A stretch of DNA of 64,000 nucleotides from the NCBI GenBank assembly GCA_964016885.1, contig OZ024740.1:88350001-88414000 (forward strand). The letters are read 5' to 3'. The notes under the pieces are model-generated. The model ran no database searches. It was given only the letters and a program-made list of their open reading frames with translations, and was not told the origin of the DNA. The stretch is from Eledone cirrhosa (lineage: Eukaryota). This document shows positions 27,379 to 40,669 of this stretch, piece after piece (positions within the stretch are counted from its first letter, which is position 1; every line of letters starts with the position of its first letter). The position numbers and the translations under genes were made by a program.

Positions 27379-27990
27379 TTAAGCTCTAAGAAAAATACTT
27401 CTGAGCATTCTTAGAGCTTAATATTTGTAAATGACTACTAAACTGAAATTATCTGCTCCTACGGTCGAGCTGAATTGATAATCACATATTCACGGCTGTT
27501 ATTTCTAGCGCCATGGATATGAGCCAGAATGCTGAGAAGGTCGTGTGCAAAAGCACATGTATTTGGCTTGCGACAGATCAGTCTTTAGATACTGTCTTAG
27601 GAGAAGTGATTTTAATTTCTGGGTGCCTACCGTAGATCACAGAAAATTGATTACTCTACTAATAATTATTTTATAAATAGTTGTTCCGTAATTAATTAAT
27701 TATTTCATTAGTATAATATCCCTTGTGAAACAGGTTTATGTTTTGAAGTTCTGCCCGATCTGCTGAAAAGGTTTGAATTTTGAAATTTAAACTTGTCTAG
27801 GCACCAGGCAGTTGCCATTTTACGTCTGTAAGTATAGATTTAATATTTAAAATTCTCTAGATCGATACAGACGGACTATATGTACTTGAATTAAGGTATT
27901 TCTATCTGGCTAAAAAATTATTGTCATTTTGAAAAAAAAAACACAGTAGTGTTGATCATATATTTTTTAATTTTTAATTTCTAAATTGTA

Positions 27991-28026
<36 letters not shown>

Positions 28027-30077
28027 CGAGAGTTAGATAGATAGTTACCTGATATCAAATGCCGTTGCTTAAATTCACAATTATATGATCATTCAGATAA
28101 CGTTGTGCTGTACCGAAATGAAGGCTTCCCTTATGCAACCTGATATCACTGTTTTATTCACTATCCACGACATCGACCATCTGTTATAAGTGACTATCAG
28201 AGGCTGTGTAGAATCCCCAACAACATTTCGGATGAAAGGAAATGTCATTGCTATTCACCAGTACAACACGATACTGAATGATTAATCGTGTAAACGTGAA
28301 TCACAAATGATGGCATTCAGCTACGGCCAAATAAATATATCACTGTATGTACTTGTCTACACTTGTAAAAATCGTTTATATATATATATATAGCAACGTT
28401 TAATATTAATATGTAAATTATATACAGATTCATTTTCGTTCTGCTTTCACAAATATGTGTGTAGGTATGCGCACATGTGCGTGTTGGTGCATCCGCACAC
28501 GTACTTATCTATAAATAGAGAACGAAAATATATAAATATATGTATGAGTAGGTATTTATTTATCGATAAGTTTGTATTTGGAAATATTCTAAAAACTTGG
28601 CGCCAATCACTGTATATTTACGTTAAAAACTAACTTTTCTTTCAAGTATGAAAAATAATATTAGCTTTATTCCCAGTTTCTTTTTTTGTCCGTTTCTTTA
28701 AATAAATATATTCACTAAAACATTGTGTAAACAACAACAAGGACAATAACAAATTATTGGTATGCCTATAAGGTATTGGCTTATTGGTGCCTTAAGCAAC
28801 TGACGTTTGTAAATAATTGCCAAAGCTTAATGAGGTTAATGGTGTATCGAAAATATGTCTATTCGAGAAGAAAAAAAAGAATCAAAACAAATACGAAAAG
28901 TAAAAAAAAAAAAAACCCTGCAAAGCAAATAGACGATGGTAATGGTGGAAGAGAACTGAAAGAAAAAAATATATAAGATAGATGGTGGCTTATGGCTTAT
29001 CAGAGGGTAAAACTCCTGGAAAATGAGAAGATCGTTATTTTAATTAAATTGCTTGAAGGAAGAAACGATATTTTCTAACATTTTGAATGAAATAAATAAA
29101 TGAGAAAGAAAAAGAAAGTCATCATAACTTTAATGTTTAATTTAAAACTTGTGATGAACGTATCTCAGCAACAGCTAAATTTCTGGTTAGACAAGACCGC
29201 CATACCACGATTCTTTTCTTCTTGAATTGACGTAAGTTTAGTTTTGCTACGCCACCAATACTCTTTGCAATAAAAACCCCATCACTCAAAATGATGGTTT
29301 CATAAAGAGTCACATTCTAATGAAAGTTTGCAGGTTGGGGGATAGCCGATTCTATCAATTTTACTATTTGATTTATTTCATTTGAAGTTGTTCTCGGCAG
29401 GATTTGAACACAGAATGTAAAACATCGTAACTAAATAATGGTTTCTGATTTAGAAACACGGCTACAAATTTTAGGTTAGGGGAAAGTCAATGAAATCGAC
29501 CCCATTGTGTAACTGGTACTTCATTTTATCGAACCAGCAAGGCAAAGCTAACTCAATATTGAATTCTAGCTTTGACACAAGATCACAACTTTTGCTGGGA
29601 GCAGGTTTATTTGGTTTAAATAGACTTCAGTACTTGGCCAGTACATTATTTTCTTGATTCCCGAAAGGATGCAAGGTAAAGGAAGGCTAAAACGTCAGTT
29701 CCAATGGAGTCAGACGCTGAAGAGCAAATATGTAAATCCATTCTGAGCTACAAATATTTCACTTTACTTGATGTCAGTTTCACAGAAATGTATAAACGTT
29801 ACTGCTGCACGTTTCTATATATTTCTCAGTATTTCCACAAAATATCTACTCAAATTCAAAATATATACTTAGCTGAAAAATTGAAAGTGTCGTAAATTAG
29901 TTACTACTGCGATTTTAAAGGAAAGTTGCAGCGTAAGTAAATTGAATTGATTTCAATTGAGAATCGAACCTGCATGAAATAGCAACGTACCATGAGTATA
30001 TATATGGCTTTATTACTCTAACCACAAGACAAGGAGATTATTAGGGATTCTCTCTCACAAACGCCAATAGTAATTAA

Positions 30078-30270
30078 ATAATTGTTTCTACTATTGGCAC
30101 AAGGCCAGCAATTACCCAGTACATTACTGGTACTTTATTTTATCGACCCCGTAAGGATGAAAGACAAAGTTAACCTCGGCGGGATTTGAACTCAGATTGG
30201 CAAGGGTCGCAACTCTATGCGTCAAAGCATGGCGTCCGACCCTCTACCGATACTGCCAATTCACCGCCCT
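30078..30270 (-). mobile_element. Full-length SINE with TSD
   Basis: agtaattaaataat on both sides. Confidence 0.9.
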
Positions 30271-33200
30271 AAAGTAATTAAATAATATTGCCACGATGTT
30301 AATACCCCTTCCCCACCTCGGGCAATAATAGAGAAAGGAAAACAACAATTAAATGAAATTCCAAACACCGTTGCAGTACACTCGTCATGAATTTACCTTT
30401 TATTCCAAGCCGTTTATCGATGTTAGTAAATTTATGAGATAAGCAAAATACCACTATGTTGAGAGAGAGGAATAGTCGATTATGTAGGCCCCACTGCTTG
30501 ACTATTAATTATTTTATCGATCTTCATTATTTGAGTGGGGAACGATAAAATCGATTAAATCGACCACCCCATCAATACGTATTTGATCAATCTCGGAAAG
30601 ATGAAAGGCGCTGTTGATTTTGTTGGGATTTTAACATCATCGTATACCACTAATTATCGCAAGATATTTCATCTGTCACTCTACCGATTCTATAGATCAT
30701 GGTAGTATTGATTTCCGAAGCTGAGACAAGGACACAAATTTGCAAGGCATGGGTATTATTAACCTAATTGACTGTAATATAAGTATGATAATTACTTGTT
30801 CACCCCTGAAGATGAAAGGCAGAGTTGATCCATGTTTCACTTTAACTCACATTGTAAGGTAGTTAAGAAAATGCAGAAAGATGTTTAGTATAGCACGCTA
30901 ATTTTTTCCTCCACATTTTATTATCACCGAAGAAAATGATTTCATACATTAGCACAATGATACACATTTGTATCGGACAAACGTTGTCATATGATCTGCA
31001 CATGAAGTAGTTAAACATTCATTGTCAGTCTCAACAAAATTTGAACTCATATTGTAGAGAAAGGTAACTAATTTCGTAATGAATTAGTAGTAATACTAGT
31101 AATTCAGCCACCCCACCGCCTTAAGCACAATTATAACGATGGTTTCCTCCGTAAATATGGGTTTCTTTTGAAGATAATGAAAATATCGATTACTAGACTG
31201 GATTAAGAAGCTAACTATGGACAGTAATACAGAGTGTCCATTAAAATACACAAAATTGAAATGTATCAGAATCAAATAAACGTAGATTCTTACCTAGTTT
31301 TGCAGACAATCATTTAAATGTATTTCGTTTTTCTCAATGTTAATAACCCGTTTTTAAATTTTACTATTATGCTAATGGAAACGACTTAACTTATAGATTG
31401 GGCATGAATGTTACTGGGTTTTTAATGCGTCGTTAATTTAGTTCAAACAACTTTGAAGATAACAAATGAACGTTCTATAGAAAAAGAAACAACTAATTGG
31501 AAACAGATTTCCCTTTCAGGCGCAATAAATATTTATTTTATTAACCCTTTAGAGTACTTTTACTTTCTGGATACCTAATTACGATGCTTTTGGTAAACAT
31601 CTTTACGTAGTAAGAATATCGATGATGCTCTGTAAATAACGACGTCTTTCAATCAAGCAGAATACTGCCACTTATTGAAATGGTCACCGAATCGTTCCAA
31701 CTAAATTAAATTATTTCTTAGAAGGATGAAACTATATAGTACAAGGTATATCAGCTGATGCTACAGTAGATATGTGAACTCAATAAACCAACAGTGGAAC
31801 CACTACGCTGCCACCGTATCCAATGGAGGAAGTTCTATGTGGTCACTCGACCTTCTTGAAATAAGATTCCAATTTTCCTCAAAACACACCCGACTTAGAA
31901 TGACATTCATCATAAAACTGTTAAAGGTACATTGAACAATCTGGTTGTAGATATACGAAAATACGGATTGGTCACACCTGGATCGTCTTTGATGATAGTA
32001 CTATTCGATCAGATCCGATCCGAAGTCAAACAACAAAAATAAAACCAATTAAATAGAAAAGTATCATCCACGAATGGAATATAGTTCCCAGTAAAACGAG
32101 CTATGGATACGATTTCTATAGTCGGTTAAAACATTTCAGATTTAATCATTTCAGTTACCTTAGGAAAAATCATGACCATTAACAGTGCTTCGTAACTTCT
32201 ACAATATAAGGATGTTGTGTCAAACGAATAAAAGAAGCTAAAATCAAATATAGTTTTAGTCGTTAAAAATCACATTTTCACTGGTGCCGGAGGTTCTTTT
32301 TGTAATTGTATCTCATAAGAGATTTCAGGTTTTTCAGTGATAGAAAGTTGGATTTGAAATCAGAGACGCCCAGAGTCGCAACAGATGTAGGGGTCTAACA
32401 CTTTTGCTAATCAAGCGACGTGAACTGGTACTAGTATTTTTCGACAGCCTAAATGATGAAAAGCAAAGTTGACACATTGGTATGAAACATAGAACAGAGA
32501 CAGTCGGTGCAAATACTTGATGGTTTCTGTAGATAACGTGTCATGGCAAATTGAACATACAATGGTTCAATTTCAAAATTAAATAGATATCATGGTTAGC
32601 TATAGCTCTATTACATAATTAACAAGTAGGTATGTAATTTATAACGTGTGGGGCTAAACTTAAATTCTACAGTCTAACGGGAAATAATGACAAGGGGTCC
32701 TGTACTCATCTTCAAATCGAATTATCTCGTTAAGCTTTGCTCGTTAAACTTTGCTATATAATCCGTTTAAGATACTGTGTTACTTATAATGGCAGTCTAA
32801 CCCACGTTAAAATCTCAACTCATATTCATACTCACAAAGAACCAACGGACTGCCAAGATGAAAATAACTGTGATTAATATCATGCTCTCTAAGATGAAAA
32901 AACATCACAGCAAATGATCTGGGATTAGATATAAGGTAATGATTAAATATCTAAATAATCATTAGATTCATCTAGTGGAATCAGTAGCCAAGTCGAATCA
33001 GAAGACTCTACATTCCTGCTCAACCATCATACATTATATATGTTGCGGGTATCACCGAAAACGACCGCAAATATTTCTTCAGTGACTTCATCAACAATAA
33101 CACACAATTCTTCTAGACAGAAGTATCACCTTGTATAGTTTTTTTTGTTGTTGTTAAATGAGATCTCAGTAGCAATTCTTTATTTTCGAGTTCATCCACA

Positions 33201-33499
33201 TATCGCATATTTCCCCTGTAATTGATAGATTTTATTAAGCAGTCAAGTATAGTTAGTTCTTATAAGCATGTATTTCAAGGAAACACGTTGTTTAACCTAT
33301 CTGTGCTGATGTTTTTGAAACAGAACTCTTTTTTTCTTTTTCTTCTCTACTTTTCTACTACTGTTATAACAGTCTGCCGCTCTTTCTTAACATTCATTAA
33401 ATTCTCATCACCAATGAATGAGGGCGCTCTTAGGAGGGGCATCTTTCACCTCTGGGACTGAGCATGATGTAGTTTTTCTCTCTGTTATCTCAAGGTAAA

Positions 33500-34250
33500 G
33501 AGGAAGCCTTTGTCCACTTCAGGAACGAAGGTGGAAACAGAGATTTTGGTCTTCTTTGGAAATGGATCTCTTGGTGTGAGTGATGATGCTACAGGAAAGG
33601 TAGCCCCAAATACTTGTTTGTTACTTGATTCTTGATTTTGTTTTCATCTCTCATAACGGTAACACTTCAAGGGGCTTTTGTTGCCACATGCGGAACAAAT
33701 GGACTTTCTGCCATGCACCATCGGTCTCATTGCTTTTGATTCATCGTTCATAAAGGGATAAGGTTCTGGAATGTCCCTTTGGTGTTGGGAAGGGGTCATG
33801 TCTACTTGCAAGTAAACACTAACTCCTCCCGATCACATACCATTTCGCATGAGTTTGACAGCTATAACATGGCCATATTTTTTAACAATGGCAGATATAG
33901 CCCAAAGATTTTAGGATTTAACTGTTACCTTTGTTACCATTTACTGGGGTACAAACTTGTAATAAAGGACGTCGCCGACGATTTCTGCTCCTAGCTTTGC
34001 TTCATTCTTACTTCTAAAAGTCAGGCATACATTTCGTTATATAACAACTCTTTAAATTCATCGAAAATGAACCTGGTCCACCTTTTAGGAGACAAAAGTA
34101 AACCGGATTTTACCTTGCCAGTTTCTGGGTATATTTTTCGGAAAAGAAGCAAGAATTCTTTTGAAAACTGTGCAACAACATGTCTGTTTCGTTCTTAACT
34201 TTCCCCATGTCTAAACATTCAATATTGAATACTACTTTGGCGAGCGACGT
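33500..34250 (-). pseudogene. Possible decayed Tx1/L1-like ORF1
   Basis: Broken minus-strand coding-like text including HGRKSICSACG (degenerate zinc-knuckle context); many stops. Confidence 0.3.
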
Positions 34251-34871
34251 TTATGTCTATGCGTTAGTGTCAAACTGCGTGTGTGTGTTTACATTGTGTT
34301 TATTGTTGTTATTGCTGTTATTTATGTAACGAAAAGTACCAATTTCTGACATAAGATTCTGACTATTGATATCTATGTCTTCGAGTGTTTATTTTGATAT
34401 AGTGTTTAGTTTATCTTTCTCTAAGTAGTGTTTGTCTGTTTGTAAACTTGTTTCAGTAATTATCATTGAGTATCAGTGTGCTTTGGTTTGAGTTGGCTGT
34501 GTTCATACCTAACGTTTCACCCCACGTCAGCTCAGTTTTCAGTCTTTACGTAAATATTAACAGACAATGTCAGAAAAAACAAACATCCGACTGTGGTTAT
34601 TCTAATAATTAGTATGGATGTCTCGATATCATTAAGTCCACTGTTTGCAAAACAATACAAAAGCCAGAGAATATAATGTTATCCATTATAACTTGATAAA
34701 ACCTCAATCCCATTGGAATTATCTTAAGTAACACCCGTAAACATCAATATATATGTTACACTCCTACGCAAATACACATGCAGACACACATGAACACACA
34801 CACACACATTAACACGCACACACACACACACACACAGCCGCACACACACGCACACACACACATATATATAT

Positions 34872-35555
34872 AATTGTCTCTACTTTAGGCACAAGGCCAG
34901 CAATAACCCAGTGCATTACTGGTACTTTATTTTATCGACCCCGTAAGGATGAAAGGCAAACACACACTTTTATAATAAAAATATAATTAATACTAATATT
35001 AATAATACTGATAATAATTGTTTCTATTTTAGGCACAAGGCCAGCAATTAGGCAGTACATTACTGGTACTTTATTTTATCGACCTCGTAAGGATGAAAGG
35101 CAAAGTTAACCTCGGCGGGATTTGAACTCAGATCATAAAGGGACGTAACTCTATGCTTCAAAGCATGGCGTCCGACTCTCTACCGAGTCGGACGCCAATA
35201 ATACTAATAATTGTTTCTACTTTAGGCACAAGGCCAGCAATTACCCAGTGCATTACTGGTACTTTATTTTATCGACCCCGTAGGGATGAAAGGCAAAGTC
35301 AACCTCGGCGGGATTTGAACTCAGATCGTAAAGGGACGTAACTATGCTGGAAAGCATGGCGTCCGACCCTCTACTGATACTGCCAATCCACCGCCTTTAA
35401 TACTAATAATAATGGATTCTGATTTGGGCGTAAGATCAACATTTTTAGGGGAGGGGAAGTCGATTAAATCGACCCGACCCGTGCGTTACTGATACTTTGT
35501 TTTATCGACCCCGTAAGGATGCGAGGCAAAGCTAACTAATCTCTGCGGGATTTAA
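34872..35555 (-). mobile_element. Head-to-tail cluster of four SINE copies/fragments
   Basis: Copies at ~34872-34960, 35013-35195, 35207-35396 and an older one at 35410-35555, separated by (TAA/TAC)-rich tails. Confidence 0.88.
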
Positions 35556-35574
35556 TACTACTACTAATAATGAT

Positions 35575-36275
35575 TTCATTTATTGGCCACAAGGGCCGAC
35601 ATATAGGGGACAATAAAAAAAGACTGGGACAGTGGGGTTTTACAGAAAAATTGAGTAAACAATATGAATAACAATAACAAAGTAACAAGAAAAATACAAG
35701 AAAAATTCCCCAATAGGGGGGGGGGGACCACCCAGGGTTCGCTCAGGTACCCCACCAATCCTGAACGACCGACGCTTCGAGAGCACCCTGGAAGGGTACC
35801 CTTCTCCTCCTCAAATTTACCCACCTACAGGCGCATGACCAGAGTAGGCCAACTCACACGGACCATTCTCGCCACATTGACCCACCTATCAGCAAATGTA
35901 CTGGGGTACAGCACTTCTCTCTCCACCCTCACCTTCCATTCCAAGTGAAACTTGAAAAAGTTGATGAGGGATTGGCCGAAGAGAAAAGTGTCTGTCTTCA
36001 GTCCTTTCAACCTCGTCCACCATACAACCTCTTTCGCTACTGCCACCAGACAGAGGAAAATTGACTGCCCTTCCTGGCCAAAATTGAGCGGTGGGTCGAT
36101 CTTCACTATGGACTCGGCCGATAGCGGGATCCGTTCTACACGCGACAACAGCTGTTGGACATAACTCCACAAGTCAGTAATGCACGGACACTGGACGAGT
36201 GCGTTCAGAACGGTTTCGTCGCTCTGCGCGCATCTCGGGCAGGTCCGTCTGACAGCACTTCCGTGCCTGTAGTAT
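35575..36275 (-). mobile_element. Tx1/L1-clade LINE 3' end (ORF2 C-terminus plus 3' UTR with AATAAA)
   Basis: RRTCPRCAQSDETVLNALVQC...AKEVVWWTR...FADRW; minus strand ends gccAATAAAtgaaa. Confidence 0.87.
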
Positions 36276-36949
36276 ACTACTACTAATAATAACAACCCAA
36301 AATAATAAATTAGCATTTTATCTGTGCAATGAATGAATGGATTCGATAAATGCCAGCCAAATGTTGAGTCATCTGAAGTCTGTCACTGTCTTTTTTGTTG
36401 TACTCGTAACCACGAAATATTTACATCACAATGACAGGCAGCATTTGCATCAAATTTGTTGTCGTTGCTTAATTTCGGATCAGAACTGGCCGGGCAAAAC
36501 AGATTACAAAAACACTAACCACAATCATTTCACTTTTTTTTCTTCGAATAAAAGTTATGTCGGATTACATTACTCACTAGGTCCTTTTTTAAGATGCTAG
36601 AGCATAGCATTACTTAAAGATTTAATAGCTGAAATTTGTAGTGAAAATCATCGATGTAATTATCGAACACGATGTCGAATTGGTGTGTGAGATCTATTTG
36701 CCGTAGATGAAATCTATTTACTATACAAGACAAGGGAGCTGCTACGTGGTCAATAATTGTACTAGAAAGATCAGCTATATTTCCCTGAAATTATTACCTA
36801 TACTCTTAAAAACAAATATGGACATAATTGTAATGATATCCTAGATTGTAGGGTCCCGTAACTCCTGACAGAGTCGTAGTAATATACAGCGTTTCTTGTG
36901 TATTTTAAGCCTGGCGGCGTCCATCCCTCTCCAGAGAGGAAGAATAGAC

Positions 36950-37100
36950 CCAGTACTAGACTGGTACATTCTTATCCACATCGAAAGGATAAATGGCAAA
37001 GTTGACCTCGGCGAAATTTGAACTCAGAGAGTAGAGACCCGGATCGAATACCATAAAACATTCTATCCGACTTTCTAACGACTCTGCCAATTCGCCGCCT
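36950..37100 (-). mobile_element. Older SINE copy
   Basis: cccagtactagactggtac...ggcaaagttgacctcggcgaaatttgaactcag...ctgccaattcgccgcc. Confidence 0.75.
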
Positions 37101-38002
37101 GCTATCCTCGATATATTATGTGAAAAAGTACAGAATAGTCATGACGGCTGTAATAATTCTAATCAAAGGGCTGCCGGATTTTCTATTCAGGAATACACAA
37201 TAACTATTCCACATACAGGAAATATTACACGTGATCAACCAAGGTTCAATTCATAGCAGTGTTAGTGTCTCTAGAAAGACATGTCTCTCATCAACTTTAG
37301 GCTTCATATCAGAGATTAATACGTGCAGTATGGAAATTAGTCATCCACAAATAAATTGACACTATATTACACGATTATGGAAGCACCATAGCAGAGTGGT
37401 TAAGATCAATTTGAAATCACAAGGTCCTGTTTGATCCCATTGGATAAAAGTGTTCTCGTCTACCATATTTTTCCCAGTTCAGAGCCAACAATTATCATTA
37501 CATATTTATAGGAGATCTTAATTAGGCTCTAACCAGATTGGGTTCGACTCGAGAGTAAACATTTCGTAGACGGAAACTTTGTGGAATCTGGTTCAATATT
37601 GTTCTTGTAATTTGAAGGTCTAGATTTGTTACACACAGGGTCTCACTCACCTGGCTACTTTAAAAGTAGAATTTCCTTAAAATGCTCAGCCACTAGTATG
37701 GGAAAGTAGTTCTTTTTTTATCAAACAACTAGAGCCCCGTTCCTATAATCTGACACACTACCTATTCATTTAACTTCATAAATTAAAAAACTGCTAATCA
37801 ATTTCGACATCCATTTAAAATTATCCCCTTCCTCACGAAAAAAAGAACACAAGACAAAACAAAGGACAGCATCCGCGATTAGCCAAAGGGTATCAGAAGA
37901 GAAAGAAAAGAAAAAAATATAAAAAAGAAACAGAAATGATGTTGGAGAACGTTATGCTCTATTCACACGACACAAAATAAATGGTATATATATATATATA
38001 TA

Positions 38003-38408
38003 GGTAAGTATGTTTTGAAACAACGAGCAAGTTTGAAATCAGAAAATAGAAGCTTTCACCGTATTTTTTGACTAAAGAAATGTTAGCCTGATAGTGGGGT
38101 TTAGAACCCTCAGAGAAATGGAAAAAAGATAGGTATTGACGTACATGGGAGTCAAACCCACATCTTTAGTTATCCAGAGCACTGTGCTACCATTATACAA
38201 ACACATCAACCATCTCCTTCCATTCAAATTAGAAGCTACATTCTTAGGAAGTATAATGACAAGTAAGTATGTTTTGAAACAGCGAGCAAGTTTGAAATTA
38301 GAAAATAGAAGCTTTCACTGTATTTTTTGACTAAAGAAATGTTAGCCTATATATATATGCTAACATTTCTTTAGTAAAAAAATACAGTGAAAGCTTCTAT
38401 TTTCTAAT
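38003..38408. mobile_element. TA-flanked element with direct (38003-38090 / 38263-38348) and inverted (38358-38408) terminal repeats
   Basis: gtaagtatgttttgaaaca...gaaatgttagcct occurs twice, followed after a short TA run by the reverse complement of its 3' part. Confidence 0.78.
38136..38209 (-). pseudogene. tRNA-like (Gln-CUG-like) degenerate cloverleaf
   Basis: Acceptor ttgatgtg/tacgtcaa, D-loop taatggtagca, CT-CTG-GA loop, T-arm gtggg tttgact cccat; anticodon stem imperfect. Confidence 0.5.
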
Positions 38409-38415
38409 TTATATG

Positions 38416-38555
<140 letters not shown>

Positions 38556-38557
38556 TG

Positions 38558-38604
<47 letters not shown>

Positions 38605-39019
38605 TGAAAATTTGCTAATCTGAACCGTTTCTATGATTTCATTCCCAAGAATATAGTCGAATATTTCCATGCATGGTTTCTGTCCGGAGGGATGAAAATA
38701 TTCAGAGGAAAACAATAGAGTTAGCCATCATGATTTAATTTCTTGGTCAAGTGAACGACGAATTCGTATATATCTTTATTCCTGGAGATGTCTTAGAAGT
38801 ATTTATAATAAAAAAAAAGGTGCCTTTTGGATTTTACAACGACATTTTATACCCCGAAGCAGGAAAGCTATACTTTTCTAATAATTCGGTTTTGAAACAT
38901 GTCGTGTGTTACTGTGAACTGTGAAAAAAGAGAAGAAAAAAAATGGAACCAAGAAGACAAAAGTACAGACAGAAATACATTTAATAGACACAAGTTGAAA
39001 GTGCTTGTTTTGCGCTTAA

Positions 39020-40135
39020 GTGGTTCTGGGTTCAGTTCCAATTCCATGCACCTTGGGCAAGTGTTTTATAATATAGTATCGTACACACACGCACACACCG
39101 TGGTTTAGGATTTAGTTCCACTTCCCGGCACCTTGGGCAAGTGTTTTATAATATAGCATCGTACACGCATCGTACACACACGCACACACCGTGGTTTAAG
39201 ATTTAGTTCCACTTCCCGGCACCTTGGGCAAGTGTTTTATAATATAGCATCGTACACACACGCACACACCGTGGTTTAGGATTTAGTTCCACTTCCCGGC
39301 ACCTTGGGCAAGTGTTTTATAATATAGCATCGTACACACACGCACACACCGTGGTTTAGGATTTAGTTCCACTTCCCGGCACCTTGGGCAAGTGTTTTAT
39401 AATATAGCATCGTACACACACGCACACACCGTGGTTTAGGATTTAGTTCCACTTCCCGGCACCTTGGGCAAGTGTTTTATAATATAGCATCGTACACACA
39501 CGCACACACCGTGGTTTAGGATTTAGTTCCACTTCCCGGCACCTTGGGTAAGTGTTTTATAATATAGCATCGTACACACACGCACACACCGTGGTTTAGG
39601 ATTTAGTTCCACTTCCCGGCACCTTGGGCAAGTGTTTTATAATATAGCATCGTACACACACGCACACACCGTGGTTTAGGATTTAGTTCCATTTCCCGGC
39701 ACCTTGGGTAATTGTTTTATAATATAGCATCGTACACACACGCACACACCGTGGTTTAGGATTTAGTTCCACTTCCCGGCACCTTGGGCAAGTGTTTTAT
39801 AATATAGCATCGTACACACACGCACACACCGTGGTTTAGGATTTAGTTCCACTTCCCGGCACCTTGGGTAAGTGTTTTATAATATAGCATCGTACACACA
39901 CGCACACACCGTGGTTTAGGATTTAGTTCCACTTCCCGGCACCTTGGGCAAGTGTTTTATAATATAGCATCGTACACACACGCACACACCGTGGTTTAGG
40001 ATTTAGTTCCATTTCCCGGCACCTTGGGTAATTGTTTTATAATATAGCATCGTACACACACGCACACACCGTGGTTTAGGATTTAGTTCCACTTCCCGGC
40101 ACCTTGGGCAAGTGTTTTATAATATAGCATCGTAT
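39020..40135 (+). repeat. 80-bp tandem satellite (~13 copies plus a degenerate progenitor) derived from a SINE head
   Basis: Unit gtggtttaggatttagttccacttcccggcaccttgggcaagtgttttataatatagcatcgtacacacacgcacacacc with exact 80-bp period from 39271 to 40071. Confidence 0.95.
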
Positions 40136-40354
40136 ACATATACACAAACACTCACACACACGTGTATATAGGACGGTCGCCTGAAACGTTCGTAGGTTGA
40201 ATATGGAGTGATACTAGAACTGTGAAATCTTGCATGTCTTAATTTCCACTATTCTTATTATTAAATGCATTATTTCTTTCATATTGAAAAATAAACCTCA
40301 TCTGGTTATTCCATGAGAGTATCTTGGCCAGCCTATGAAGTTTTCTATCGACCC

Positions 40355-40405
<51 letters not shown>

Positions 40406-40451
40406 TTCAAAATATTAATAAATGGAGACATTCACGTACTCAAAATATATG

Positions 40452-40513
40452 TTTTATTATATATATTTCAGAGGTACTGTGGTGTTTTTTCAGTACGTCC
40501 TCATCATATAAAA
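40452..40513 (-). ncRNA. Decayed minimal hammerhead motif in a TA-anchored pLTR remnant (~40401-40560)
   Basis: ttttat-ATGATGA-ggacgtactg..cagtacctct-GAAA-tatata-TA-ataaaa; C3 mutated to A. Confidence 0.6.
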
Positions 40514-40669
40514 TATATAAATTGATGTATGAAATACCTCAACTGTGCTGATGGTTCAATTCCAGTACTGCCAAGACACACACCCCCGAAAAAATGTGCA
40601 ACCCTCCTCCTGAGGAGCACAAAGAGCGGGTGCTCTCTTCCTCTCCTCCTCCTTCTTCTCCTGTCTCAC

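Noticed and set aside
31227-31730. Possible Tc1/mariner transposase remnant
   Set aside because: Only a faint WPP-like motif and one TIR-like end; cannot be supported by eye.
39020-40135. CRISPR-like regular array
   Set aside because: Units are contiguous near-identical 80-mers with no unique spacers, no cas genes, eukaryotic context.
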